DNA from: Emticicia sp.
GTDB taxonomy: Bacteria > Bacteroidota > Bacteroidia > Cytophagales > Spirosomataceae
DNA: 40,785 nt
Assembly (NCBI GenBank): GCA_046291385.1
Contig: JBKBSS010000001.1
Span: 1 to 40,785, forward strand
Reading direction: 5' to 3'
How positions within the stretch are numbered: position 1 is the first letter of the stretch; every line of letters starts with the position of its first letter. Under the pieces are notes generated by a model that ran no database searches, was not told the DNA's origin, and saw nothing but the letters and a program-made list of their open reading frames with translations. Shown here piece by piece: positions 1-8,390 of this stretch. Made by a program: the position numbers and the translations under genes.

Positions 1-22
1 TTTTTTTCCAAAGCGAATCCAT
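1..22 (-). CDS. Possible 5' end of a gene running off the window (MDSLWKK...)
   Basis: ATG at 22-20 on the minus strand with the frame open to the edge. Too short to identify. Confidence 0.3.
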
Positions 23-221
23 AGCTGAGTTTTAATAGAGTTATTATAGGCTGATAATCAATATATTACAACGTTGGAACGTTGATAACGCCGCTGCGGT
101 TGTTAATGTTCTAAATTCTCATAACTTGTTGATTATCAATCAATAATAACTCTAATCATTAAGTTTTTAAATCTGTCTTTCTTTTCGCAAGAAATAAGTG
201 GCAGATTATTGCAAACATTGA

Positions 222-1202
222 TTATTTCAAAACTTCCATTTCGTTGATTTCTGGACCACCGCCACGATTTGCCGAACCTGCTACCGAATAAACTTTTCCG
301 CCAACAACCGCCGCACCCGTGCCATGTCGTCCTTGTTTGAGTTTAGGGAAAGGAACCCACTGCATTTTTTTAGTATCAAAGGCTTCAACTTCGCTGTGAG
401 AAGGTACTTGGGCTGAACTTTCCCCCCCAATGACTAAAAGTTTATCGCCAAACGTTACTGATGAATTTCCTGCTCGTTGCGTTGGTAAATTCAGTTCATT
501 TGGAAGTGTTTTCCATGATTTTTTCTTGAAATCATAGACATCAACGGCTCCTTCGGTCAGATTTAATACTTGGTTGATACGAGCCGTTGAGCGTCGACCG
601 CCTGCTAAGTATAATTTATCATTCACGACGGCTACACTCACGTGGTCACGTAGGTGAGGAGCATCGGCCAGTTTTACCCACGTATTGGTTTTTGGGTCGT
701 ATTCGTCGAGCCATGCTACGTGGCCGTCCCAGTGTCCATCTAAAATTCCGCAAACCGAATAAATCTTATTTTTATAAACCACACAGCCCGCCGAACCACG
801 CAAACGGTCTTTCGGAATTTCGGGACCAACTCGCCATTCACCTTTTTCGAGATTATAAATGTAGATATTCGGAATTGGAGTTTCGTGCGGATATTGTCCA
901 GTCAATGCCATCATCACATAAACTTCGCCATTATACGTAACGGCTTGTAAATGATGTATTTCGAGTGGAGTTTCAACCGATTTAGTCCAAGTTTGGGTTT
1001 TGATGTCGTAAATTTCGGTGGGTTTTATGCCTCGTCCGCCCAGCAACACCAATTTATTGCCAACAGCGGTCATGGTATTTTCGTGGCGATTGGTGCAGGT
1101 AGTGGTTGGGGTCATTACTTCCCAATCTTGTGATTTAACTGTTAAAGTGGTTGTAGTAAGAGCCGTAAATAATGTGAAGCGAACAAAAGATTTTTTTGTC
1201 AT
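222..1202 (-). CDS. Secreted Kelch-repeat beta-propeller protein
   Basis: Signal peptide followed by about six Kelch repeats (GG...YD...W pattern, e.g. KLYLAGG, KLLVIGG). Confidence 0.85.
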   Translation of the reverse strand: MTKKSFVRFTLFTALTTTTLTVKSQDWEVMTPTTTCTNRHENTMTAVGNKLVLLGGRGIKPTEIYDIKTQTWTKSVETPLEIHHLQAVTYNGEVYVMMALTGQYPHETPIPNIYIYNLEKGEWRVGPEIPKDRLRGSAGCVVYKNKIYSVCGILDGHWDGHVAWLDEYDPKTNTWVKLADAPHLRDHVSVAVVNDKLYLAGGRRSTARINQVLNLTEGAVDVYDFKKKSWKTLPNELNLPTQRAGNSSVTFGDKLLVIGGESSAQVPSHSEVEAFDTKKMQWVPFPKLKQGRHGTGAAVVGGKVYSVAGSANRGGGPEINEMEVLK

Positions 1203-1362
1203 TGATTAGTTTCCTTTAAAGTGGTTGATTGAGCAAGCAATTTAACGAAAATATTCGTTTTTTGCAGTGATATGCGACGATGAAAGTTTTTGTGTGGATG
1301 AGATTTTATAGATTTTTGAAAAAAACAATGTTAGCAGAATCTGAAAAGCTAAAAGAATATTT

Positions 1363-1547
1363 TTATCTAAATTGTTTAGGTTTCAGTTTTTGAGCAGCGA
1401 GTTCGGCAATTTCGTTGATTCGTTTTTGTCGAGTTGTTTGCTGTTTGGCAAGCACCAACCATTGCAAAATGGCCTTTCTTGCAACCACTCTCTCCAATCG
1501 ACTTGGTTTGTTGGATAAAAGGTTTCTATTTCTTCTTTTTTGTGCAT
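1363..1547 (-). pseudogene. YdeI/OmpD-associated family remnant with internal deletion and frameshift
   Basis: Manual translation gives the N-terminus MHKKEEIETFYPTNQVDWREWLQE joined out of frame to the C-terminus RKAILQWLVLAKQQTTRQKRINEIAELAAQKLKPKQFR*. Both resemble YdeI-family termini. The span is 185 bp, not a multiple of 3. Confidence 0.75.
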
Positions 1548-1550
1548 TAA

Positions 1551-2312
1551 TTATTTTTGAGTATTGAATAATTTAATGGTATAATCAAGCAATTTTTGGT
1601 TGCCATATTTTCCATGTCCAGGAACTACAATTTTTACATTTGGGTAGGCGTTTTTCACTTTTTCGACCGTATTTGACCATTCTGCCAGATTGGCATCGCC
1701 TAAATAACCCTTACTTGCCTTTAATTCTTTGACCAAACAACCCCCAAACATAACGTTTTCACTTGGAAAATAACCTACGACATTATCTTTGGTGTGTCCT
1801 TCTCCGAAAAACTTGGCTGTAATATTTTCATTGCCCACCTTTAGTTCAAGAGAATCTCTGAAGCCATTTTGAGGAATAACATAATTTTTCTCTTTGGCCA
1901 ATTCAATTGTTTTAAAATTGGCATAAGAAGGAATATTATTATCATGAAAAGCTTTTAAACCACCCAAACAATCATCATGAAAATGGGTTGGAATGACTGC
2001 ATTTATTTTGCAATGAAGCGTTTCTTTTACCCATTTGATTAGTTCTTCAGCACTTTTATCGTTGGTTGGCGTATCAAAAACAATGACTTCATTGTTATCT
2101 CTTACGAATAAACCATTGCATGGCACATAACCAAAATCATTGGTTTGCAAGAATGAAACATGTTTAAATGAATTTTCGGAAATTTGGGCGATAACTAAAG
2201 TGCTGGTTTTGTAAATCTCTTTTGGCTTGAATTGGACTTTTTTTTGAGCAAAAGAATGAAGGCCCATTATTGAGATTACTGTGATTAGGAAGGTTTTAGT
2301 GATAGCTTTCAT
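1551..2312 (-). CDS. bla: Subclass B1 metallo-beta-lactamase
   Basis: Signal peptide and all B1 zinc ligands: HFHDD (H116/H118/D120), GHT (H196), GGCLVK (C221), PGHG (H263). Confidence 0.92.
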   Translation of the reverse strand: MKAITKTFLITVISIMGLHSFAQKKVQFKPKEIYKTSTLVIAQISENSFKHVSFLQTNDFGYVPCNGLFVRDNNEVIVFDTPTNDKSAEELIKWVKETLHCKINAVIPTHFHDDCLGGLKAFHDNNIPSYANFKTIELAKEKNYVIPQNGFRDSLELKVGNENITAKFFGEGHTKDNVVGYFPSENVMFGGCLVKELKASKGYLGDANLAEWSNTVEKVKNAYPNVKIVVPGHGKYGNQKLLDYTIKLFNTQK

Positions 2313-2330
2313 TTGTTTGTGTTTTGGAGT

Positions 2331-2450
2331 GGTTAACGGTTTGTTGCTACAAGATGTTGGTGACTTTGAACTGCACTGAGTTTAATATGAAGCATAAAGC
2401 TTTCTTTTATTAGTGAACCAAACCACCAATCTCTGGTAACTATGTTGTAC
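2331..2450 (-). repeat. attC-like imperfect hairpin between rloB and bla
   Basis: On the coding strand it reads GTACAAC ... GTTAACC, each end one mismatch from RYYYAAC / GTTRRRY. Inner arms 2346-2362 and 2424-2440 pair at 13/17. It lies 10 nt after the rloB stop and 18 nt before the bla ATG. Confidence 0.55.
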
Positions 2451-2460
2451 ATTCGTACTT

Positions 2461-3117
2461 TTATAATTTATTTTTCACAACTCTTATTTTGTTCTTTATC
2501 ACATTAAACATACTTTTTGCTAACAGATAAACATCAGATGAGCCTTTCGAAGGTCTTCCGTTTTCGTTTTGTTTAAAATTTTCTTCAGCATTTTTAATGG
2601 CTTCTTCTATATAAATAGGATGTTTTCTTGAATCAAATCCGCCACCATAACTTTCATTAACTTTTTGCTTCCAACTTTTACAAATTTCATCTAATTCAAA
2701 TTTTTTAAGTTTTTCATTTTTATGGAAAAACAACCAAACTTCAAAGCAAGGATTACTTTCAGCAACAAACCAATTGTCTTTTACCTTACAATCTGCTTTA
2801 ATCTGGTTTATTTGCTCTTCTCGACTGTTTGATTTATCTGGGTCAGTATCTAAAACAATCCAAATCTCATCATTTTCTTGTAATGTAAATTTTGGTTTGT
2901 CTCCACTAAATGAGTTTTCGGCTAACTCGAAGAGACCTTTAGGTGAGTTGTCGTCATTTGGACTTAATTTATGAATTTCAACATTGATTCGTGAATCAAT
3001 TCCTTCAAAATATTTGAAATACTCATATTCTCTCTCTTTACCTTCACAGAAAATATAGAGGCTTTTTGCTTCTCTACTTGGAGCTTCTCTTTCAAAAAGT
3101 CTATTTGTTAAAATCAT
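2461..3117 (-). CDS. rloB: RloB-family (TOPRIM-like, AbiLii-like) protein
   Basis: IFCEG..E..YF, VLDTD and SNPCFEVW..FH motifs. Overlaps the upstream ATPase by 17 bp. Confidence 0.85.
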   Translation of the reverse strand: MILTNRLFEREAPSREAKSLYIFCEGKEREYEYFKYFEGIDSRINVEIHKLSPNDDNSPKGLFELAENSFSGDKPKFTLQENDEIWIVLDTDPDKSNSREEQINQIKADCKVKDNWFVAESNPCFEVWLFFHKNEKLKKFELDEICKSWKQKVNESYGGGFDSRKHPIYIEEAIKNAEENFKQNENGRPSKGSSDVYLLAKSMFNVIKNKIRVVKNKL

Positions 3118-4453
3118 AGTCGTGCCATTTTAAGTCTTCTAAATTTCCTAAGAAAGGAATCGAACCATATCTGCCACTGAGATACCCTTTTCTAATGTCA
3201 ATGGTTTTATGTTCTTTAAAATCACTCAATGAATACAAATCAGTAGAACCATTTAAATCCTTTTCAGCAAACCAAATTTCATCTTGCCTAAATATTTCTT
3301 GGTCTAATAAGTTAGATTCGTGTGTTGTAAATATCAATTGTCCTCGTGTTTTGTTGTCTAAAGAGAATTTTTTTACAAGTTCTTTAATTAAAAGAGGATG
3401 TATACTTCTTTCTATTTCGTCAACTATGTACACTTTTTCTGATGAAATTACATTCTTGAATGCTGGTACAAAATCTAATAATCTTACAGTGCCATCTGAT
3501 TCTTCATCCAAATCAAAAAAAGCAGAATTATTACTTGAAGAATGCTCAACCTTTAAGGTTTTTACCCAAATTATGTCATTCTCCTTTACTATAATTAATT
3601 CATCTCCACGTTTGCTTTTTAGCCCTATCATTTTTTTGGGAGAGTCTTCTACCTTTTTTATTAGCTTATCAAGCTCATTCTCATTATCTTCTCCGAAGAA
3701 TTCTCGAATATTCTTTTTTTCAGTTCCTAATGATTTAATTCCAATATTAAAAGAACACATTAAATCCTCTGCATATTTTTTAAATTCAATATCAGTATCA
3801 ATTTTATGTGCTAATGCACTTGGTTTTGAATCTGGCGTTATGATTTGTAGAGTTTCAGAGAACCATTCATAAGCTTTTTTTACATCTTTTAAGAATTTGT
3901 TATCTCTATTTGATAATAACTTTAAAACAGGTTCATTTGGTTTTATAAATTCCTCTAACAAGACAGTTTTGAGAACTTGACTTTTTTCATCATTTTCAAA
4001 GTCATCCAAAAATTTAATTGTAGTGTCTTCGTTTACGGTTTTTCTTTCAAAAATCAACTTGTCTTCTTTCTTTCCTAAACCAGACACATACAATTCTTCG
4101 GTTGAAATTTTGTCCTCAGAAAGTACGATTCCGTAATATAGAGGTGTGTTGTCTTGAATAAATTCTATAGCAAGAATTTGCTCCTTTTTACTCCCGAATT
4201 TATATTGTGTATCTTTTAATCTAAACGGGATTTCCTCTCGGGTAATTAATTTTTGAAATAGATACAAAGATTTAATCAAATTTGATTTTCCAGCACCATT
4301 TGCTCCATAAATCGACGAAATTTTGAGTATCTCAAATTCATCTACACTATACTTGTGGTCTTGTAGAGTCTTTAGTCTTTTATTGGGTATAGTAGTAAAC
4401 TCTTTTCTTTCACCAAAAGAGAACATATTTTCTAATACAAATCTTATCAACAT
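3101..4453 (-). CDS. AAA_21/ABC-type ATPase (RloA/AbiLi-like)
   Basis: Walker A GANGAGKS, signature ESDGT, Walker B IVDE, H-loop TTHES, C-terminal YLSGRYG. Confidence 0.88.
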   Translation of the reverse strand: MLIRFVLENMFSFGERKEFTTIPNKRLKTLQDHKYSVDEFEILKISSIYGANGAGKSNLIKSLYLFQKLITREEIPFRLKDTQYKFGSKKEQILAIEFIQDNTPLYYGIVLSEDKISTEELYVSGLGKKEDKLIFERKTVNEDTTIKFLDDFENDEKSQVLKTVLLEEFIKPNEPVLKLLSNRDNKFLKDVKKAYEWFSETLQIITPDSKPSALAHKIDTDIEFKKYAEDLMCSFNIGIKSLGTEKKNIREFFGEDNENELDKLIKKVEDSPKKMIGLKSKRGDELIIVKENDIIWVKTLKVEHSSSNNSAFFDLDEESDGTVRLLDFVPAFKNVISSEKVYIVDEIERSIHPLLIKELVKKFSLDNKTRGQLIFTTHESNLLDQEIFRQDEIWFAEKDLNGSTDLYSLSDFKEHKTIDIRKGYLSGRYGSIPFLGNLEDLKWHDYDFNK

Positions 4454-4456
4454 AAT

Positions 4457-4483
4457 TTTGCGTGATTATTTCACGCAAACATA
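4457..4483 (-). promoter_or_regulatory. Bacteroidota -7 promoter element overlapped by an inverted-repeat operator candidate
   Basis: TATGTTTG (minus strand, 4483-4476) overlaps tttgcgtga-N5-tcacgcaaa (4457-4479), just upstream of the ATPase ATG. Confidence 0.6.
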
Positions 4484-4623
4484 CAAAATTGTCTTTTGAG
4501 AATCAATTAGAACTTGTTAATAATTTACTTAAAGCTGAAAATTTACGTAAAGTACAAACATTAATTATATGAAGCTTTTGAAGTACTTTTTGTATTTACT
4601 TTACTTAATTTATCATTTTACTC

Positions 4624-5238
4624 TCATACCGTCATCAAATACTCCACCAAAATCCCCTCAATTTTTTCGAGTTTTCCAATCACTTGGTTGGTTAGTGTTT
4701 TTCTAAATTCGAGTTCCATAGTGCATTGATTATCGTAGGTTTGATTTCTGATTTTCAAACTAAATTCTTTCACAATCTTCATTACATCATTCATTTGCAC
4801 GAATTCAAAACTCACCTTATAAACATCATTGACAGTCTTTTCGATAATATCGGCTACCGTCAAAGCCTCAACGGTTGCGGATTTATAGGCATTTATTAAA
4901 CCTGGTACACCCAAAAGCGTTCCGCCAAAATACCGAACCACCACCACCAAAATATTGGTAATATCTTGCGAGAGTAATGTATTCAAAATTGGTCTGCCAG
5001 CCGTACCCGAAGGTTCGCCGTCATCATTTACTCTAAAATTACTGCGGTCGAGTCCCAAACGATAAGCGTAGCAATGATGCACAGCCTTGAAATGCTCTTT
5101 TTTAAGGCTTTCGACTAATGATTTTACCTCGTTTTCGTGTTCGATAGGGTAGGCGTAAGCCAAAAACTTACTACCTCTATCTTTAAATAAACCCTCTACG
5201 GGAGCTTTGATGGTTTTATAAGTATCTTCAAAAAGCAT
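4624..5238 (-). CDS. yigZ: YigZ/IMPACT family protein (204 aa; start moved to MLFEDTY)
   Basis: SKF, HHCYAYR, DDGEPSGTAGRP and RYFGGTLLG motifs. The longer ORF start only reads through a REP-like repeat. Confidence 0.9.
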   Translation of the reverse strand: MLFEDTYKTIKAPVEGLFKDRGSKFLAYAYPIEHENEVKSLVESLKKEHFKAVHHCYAYRLGLDRSNFRVNDDGEPSGTAGRPILNTLLSQDITNILVVVVRYFGGTLLGVPGLINAYKSATVEALTVADIIEKTVNDVYKVSFEFVQMNDVMKIVKEFSLKIRNQTYDNQCTMELEFRKTLTNQVIGKLEKIEGILVEYLMTV

Positions 5239-5244
5239 GAAAAA

Positions 5245-5284
5245 TGTGGAGCGAACCGAGCCCTCGGATGGCTCCAGATTCGCA
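5245..5284 (+). repeat. GTGG-footed REP-like palindrome with a 16-nt GC-rich insert
   Basis: gtggagcgaa[ccgagccctcggatgg]ctccagattcgc. It shares tgtggagcgaac with the uninterrupted copy at 30752-30774 (minus strand). Confidence 0.65.
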
Positions 5285-5302
5285 TGGTAAGTCGTAGAAA
5301 AA

Positions 5303-5938
5303 TTAAAAACTTTGTAAACTATCTGATTCGACAATATCTTTGTTTTTAGTACCTTTTTGTGCCAATTCGAGCATTGCTTGAGCTACTTTTTCGCCAGCAA
5401 TTACTTTATATTTATCAGGCATGAGCGGTGCAAAGAATTCCATGAACACCTTTCCGATTTTTTCGCCCATGCGTGGATTTTCACGTTCGCCCGCCAACAT
5501 TGATGGACGTACAATAATGAGCGTTGAATAACGCAAATCGCTCAATGCTTTCTCAATTTCACCTTTTACTCGGCTGTAATAAACCAAAGATTTTTCGTCA
5601 GCACCCATTGATGATACAAACAAAAATTGTTTTGCACCGTTGACAAGTCCAGCTTTGGCAAAATTGAGTGGATAGGTAAAATCAACTTTGTGGAAAGCTT
5701 CTTTAGAGCCAGCTTGCTTCATGGTTGTGCCGAGACAGCAGAAAATATCATCAGCTACGATTTTTGAAGCATCCAAATTATCAAAATCCATCACAATTTG
5801 TTCGAGTTTTGGATGAATGATATTGAGCGGTTTTCTGACAATGACGCTGACTTTTTCGTAATAATTACTTGCTAAAAGTTTGTTGGTCAGGTGTTTGCCA
5901 ATTAAGCCAGATGCTCCGACTACGAGTGCTGTTTTCAT
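5303..5938 (-). CDS. NAD(P)-binding Rossmann oxidoreductase (TIP30/YraR-like atypical SDR)
   Basis: GASGLIG, CCLGTT, VSSMGAD, YSRVKG and RPSML motifs. Confidence 0.85.
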   Translation of the reverse strand: MKTALVVGASGLIGKHLTNKLLASNYYEKVSVIVRKPLNIIHPKLEQIVMDFDNLDASKIVADDIFCCLGTTMKQAGSKEAFHKVDFTYPLNFAKAGLVNGAKQFLFVSSMGADEKSLVYYSRVKGEIEKALSDLRYSTLIIVRPSMLAGERENPRMGEKIGKVFMEFFAPLMPDKYKVIAGEKVAQAMLELAQKGTKNKDIVESDSLQSF

Positions 5939-5955
5939 ATTTTTTGTTTAACAAA

Positions 5956-7242
5956 TTATCTTCTTTTATTGAAATCAACGGTGTGGTAGCCAACGAGTTT
6001 TTCGGCACGAGCCGTGACGGGGCGGTGATAAATAAAGATTTCGTAAGTATTCTGAGTTTCGCCAAAATTTCCTTCAAAATACACTTCATCGGTGGTTTTA
6101 TTAGGTTTTTGAGTCACGAAATCGTAATTATACACACCTTGTTTTAGTCGAATGGTGGCCGTGTAGCCGCCAAAATTATTGTCGTAAACCATTTCATTGG
6201 TTTTATCGAGTCGCCAATCGTTGAAACTTCCGTTGACATAAACTTTCTCGTTGGCATCTTCCAATTCGTGGGTTTTTAGTCCAAAAGTTATGTAAATATA
6301 GTCAGAATCTACCGAACCATCGGAGCCTTCTCGGTTGTCAACCACATAGTTTCCATCAAAATCATTCGATTCGATGTAGGTAGTTTCGCTGCGATTGTTT
6401 TGCGGTGAAACCCACATTTCATCTTCTTTTCCTCGTTTGGTTTGGGCAATATATTGTCCATTATAATTGGTACTTCGGGTATCGAAAAAACGAAATTCAT
6501 TGCCCGCAGGAAATACATTTTCATCATCAAAAAAACGAAATTCGAGTTTCGACATACTTTCATTGACACTAAATGCTTTCAGATTTCGCACGGTTTTATC
6601 CCAACGAAAATTCTGACGAATGATAATTTTTAATTCATCTCGTGGCGACATCAGTCGGTATCCACCATAATTTACTTCAAAATCAACTTGTTGGTGAGTT
6701 TTATATTTTTGAGGTGCTTGTGCTTGCCGAACTGTACCGAACGTTCCAACTTGAGGTTCGTAAACCATAAAACGTTTGCTAAAAACGATGTCCTCTTTTC
6801 TCCGTCCACGCCAAGCTACGAGTAGATAATTTCCCGAAAGTAAAACTTTTGGGATTTCGATTTTATAATGATAATAAGGAACTTTTGTCGTGCGTGAAAC
6901 TTGATAATCGTTGATAATCAAGTCGTTATATTCGGGCATATATTCGATTTCTGACAAAACCGATTGTTTCCAATCGTACGTACAATGCAAGATTTTTACG
7001 TGGTATTGCTCGTAATTGGCATTCAAATCATCGAATTCGAGCCAAAGATTTTTAGAATCATTGAGTGATAAAACGGGTGGATTGAGCGTTCGAGCTGCAT
7101 CATTGGCATCGCCAACGAGTGGATAAAGTAAGACAGTTTTTATGTTGGCTTCGTAAGTATAATCTTCAAACCGAAGAGCTTTTTCTTGTCCGAAAACGAC
7201 GAAATTAATTAGAAAAAGTAATGAAAAAAAAGGTTTTCGCAT
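5956..7242 (-). CDS. DUF5103 protein (T9SS Plug-like)
   Basis: Signal peptide; LEFDDL, HCTYDW, SGNY, GNEFRFFD, LKQGVYNY and TQNTY patterns typical of DUF5103. Confidence 0.7.
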   Translation of the reverse strand: MRKPFFSLLFLINFVVFGQEKALRFEDYTYEANIKTVLLYPLVGDANDAARTLNPPVLSLNDSKNLWLEFDDLNANYEQYHVKILHCTYDWKQSVLSEIEYMPEYNDLIINDYQVSRTTKVPYYHYKIEIPKVLLSGNYLLVAWRGRRKEDIVFSKRFMVYEPQVGTFGTVRQAQAPQKYKTHQQVDFEVNYGGYRLMSPRDELKIIIRQNFRWDKTVRNLKAFSVNESMSKLEFRFFDDENVFPAGNEFRFFDTRSTNYNGQYIAQTKRGKEDEMWVSPQNNRSETTYIESNDFDGNYVVDNREGSDGSVDSDYIYITFGLKTHELEDANEKVYVNGSFNDWRLDKTNEMVYDNNFGGYTATIRLKQGVYNYDFVTQKPNKTTDEVYFEGNFGETQNTYEIFIYHRPVTARAEKLVGYHTVDFNKRR

Positions 7243-7319
7243 GGAATTAATTATTTTTTCAAAGCTAACGATTTTTTATTGAAATTATTGGTGGCTTTAC
7301 TTTTCAACTGCTTAAAAAC

Positions 7320-7353
7320 AATTGTGGCACAACTTTTCAGCCGTGCCACAATT
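7320..7353. terminator. Hairpin downstream of the DUF2911 gene
   Basis: aattgtggcac / gtgccacaatt, an 11-bp inverted repeat followed by T-rich sequence on the minus strand. Confidence 0.55.
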
Positions 7354-7365
7354 TATTATCAATTC

Positions 7366-7437
7366 GGTGGTTGAGCGGATCGGACTGCCGACGCAGCCGA
7401 AACCACTGAGTGAATCGGACTGCCGACGCAGCCGAAG
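7366..7437 (+). repeat. Two tandem TGAGCGGAGYCGAA-family REP copies, each with an identical 16-nt insert
   Basis: ggtggttgagcgg[atcggactgccgacgc]agccgaaacc and ctgagtga[atcggactgccgacgc]agccgaag. Exact 23-nt direct repeat at 7379-7401 and 7414-7436. Confidence 0.8.
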
Positions 7438-7439
7438 CA

Positions 7440-8324
7440 TTAGCTTTTCTTTTTCTTAGCAGGAACTGTGGCTGGAGAAACAACAGCAGCAGGAATCTTA
7501 GCTTTTATTTCGTTGATACCTTTTTCGATACCATCTTTGAAGAATTGGTATGAGCCATCACCAGCACCGAGAGATTGAGCTTTCAAGGCAGAACCAAGAG
7601 CATCCGACGATTTTCCGAGTCTATCCAAGATTTGAGCTTTAATCCAGTTGTTACGGAAGTTTTCACGCAAAGCCAAAGATTTATCAACCAAAACCAAAGC
7701 TTTGTTCAAATCCATTCCTTTTTGCAACATGTAATCGGCTGCTTGTTGGAAAGTATTTGAGGCTTCAATGTTTTTTTGATTAACCGCATTTTCGATGGCG
7801 GCGGCATTATCAACACCAATAGCTAACGAAATTTTTGTTTTTTCCCAAGAGAAACTCAAGGTTGCACCATCATCTTTTACATCCGAAAAATCGAAAGTCA
7901 AAGTTTCTACCGCTGGAACATCTTGTGGGCGGGTCGTTACACGTAAAACATCATCAGATGCAGAGTAGTTTTGTTCGGTTACGTTCAGGTTTTTACTAAA
8001 AATAACCGTCCAGTTAGTTTGAGTTGGAATCGACATGATGGCGTATTTTCCAGCTTTCAAAACTTGACCTTGAACTGTAATATCACCAGTTGTTTCGATT
8101 TTTGTAGAACTATTTGCACCTGTACGATATACCTTATCGAACGGAATTAATTTGCCAAAAACTTCACGACCTTTCAATGATGGACGAGAATAATCAATTG
8201 AGATTTTTGTTACACCAACCACTTGCGAGATTGCCGCACCTGGGCTTGGAGCTGGAGTGATTTGTGCAAAAATTAAAGTACTTGATAATAAGCAACTTAA
8301 AGCTAATAAAGCAGTTTTTTTCAT
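7440..8324 (-). CDS. DUF2911 domain protein with C-terminal TPR-like helix
   Basis: PSP...YSRP..KGR.VFG.LIPF..VYRTGAN motif and a signal peptide. Confidence 0.85.
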   Translation of the reverse strand: MKKTALLALSCLLSSTLIFAQITPAPSPGAAISQVVGVTKISIDYSRPSLKGREVFGKLIPFDKVYRTGANSSTKIETTGDITVQGQVLKAGKYAIMSIPTQTNWTVIFSKNLNVTEQNYSASDDVLRVTTRPQDVPAVETLTFDFSDVKDDGATLSFSWEKTKISLAIGVDNAAAIENAVNQKNIEASNTFQQAADYMLQKGMDLNKALVLVDKSLALRENFRNNWIKAQILDRLGKSSDALGSALKAQSLGAGDGSYQFFKDGIEKGINEIKAKIPAAVVSPATVPAKKKKS

Positions 8325-8390
8325 TGGATATACTGATTTTGTTGATTTGATGAACTAAATTCGTGCAAATCTACGTATAAAACTCCAAAA

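Noticed and set aside
40-160. oriC or DnaA-box cluster (gttgataac, tgttgatta)
   Set aside because: No exact TTATCCACA-type boxes and too few matches; cannot be supported without GC-skew data.
588-600. gagcgtcgaccg in the Kelch gene resembling the 37906 insert
   Set aside because: It encodes the GGRRS turn of a Kelch blade with no sign of extra length; likely coincidence.
3195-3872. 225-aa plus-strand ORF and other antisense ORFs (e.g. 587-940, 9322-9756, 10780-11370, 21303-21737, 31442-31843)
   Set aside because: Shadow frames opposite well-supported genes, with no recognisable motifs.
5239-5334. N-terminal extension of YigZ in the ORF track
   Set aside because: It overlaps the upstream gene and reads through a REP; family-like sequence begins at 5238.
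7379-7436. 23-nt direct repeat as a mini-CRISPR
   Set aside because: Only two units, a 12-nt spacer and no cas genes; better explained as tandem REPs with inserts.
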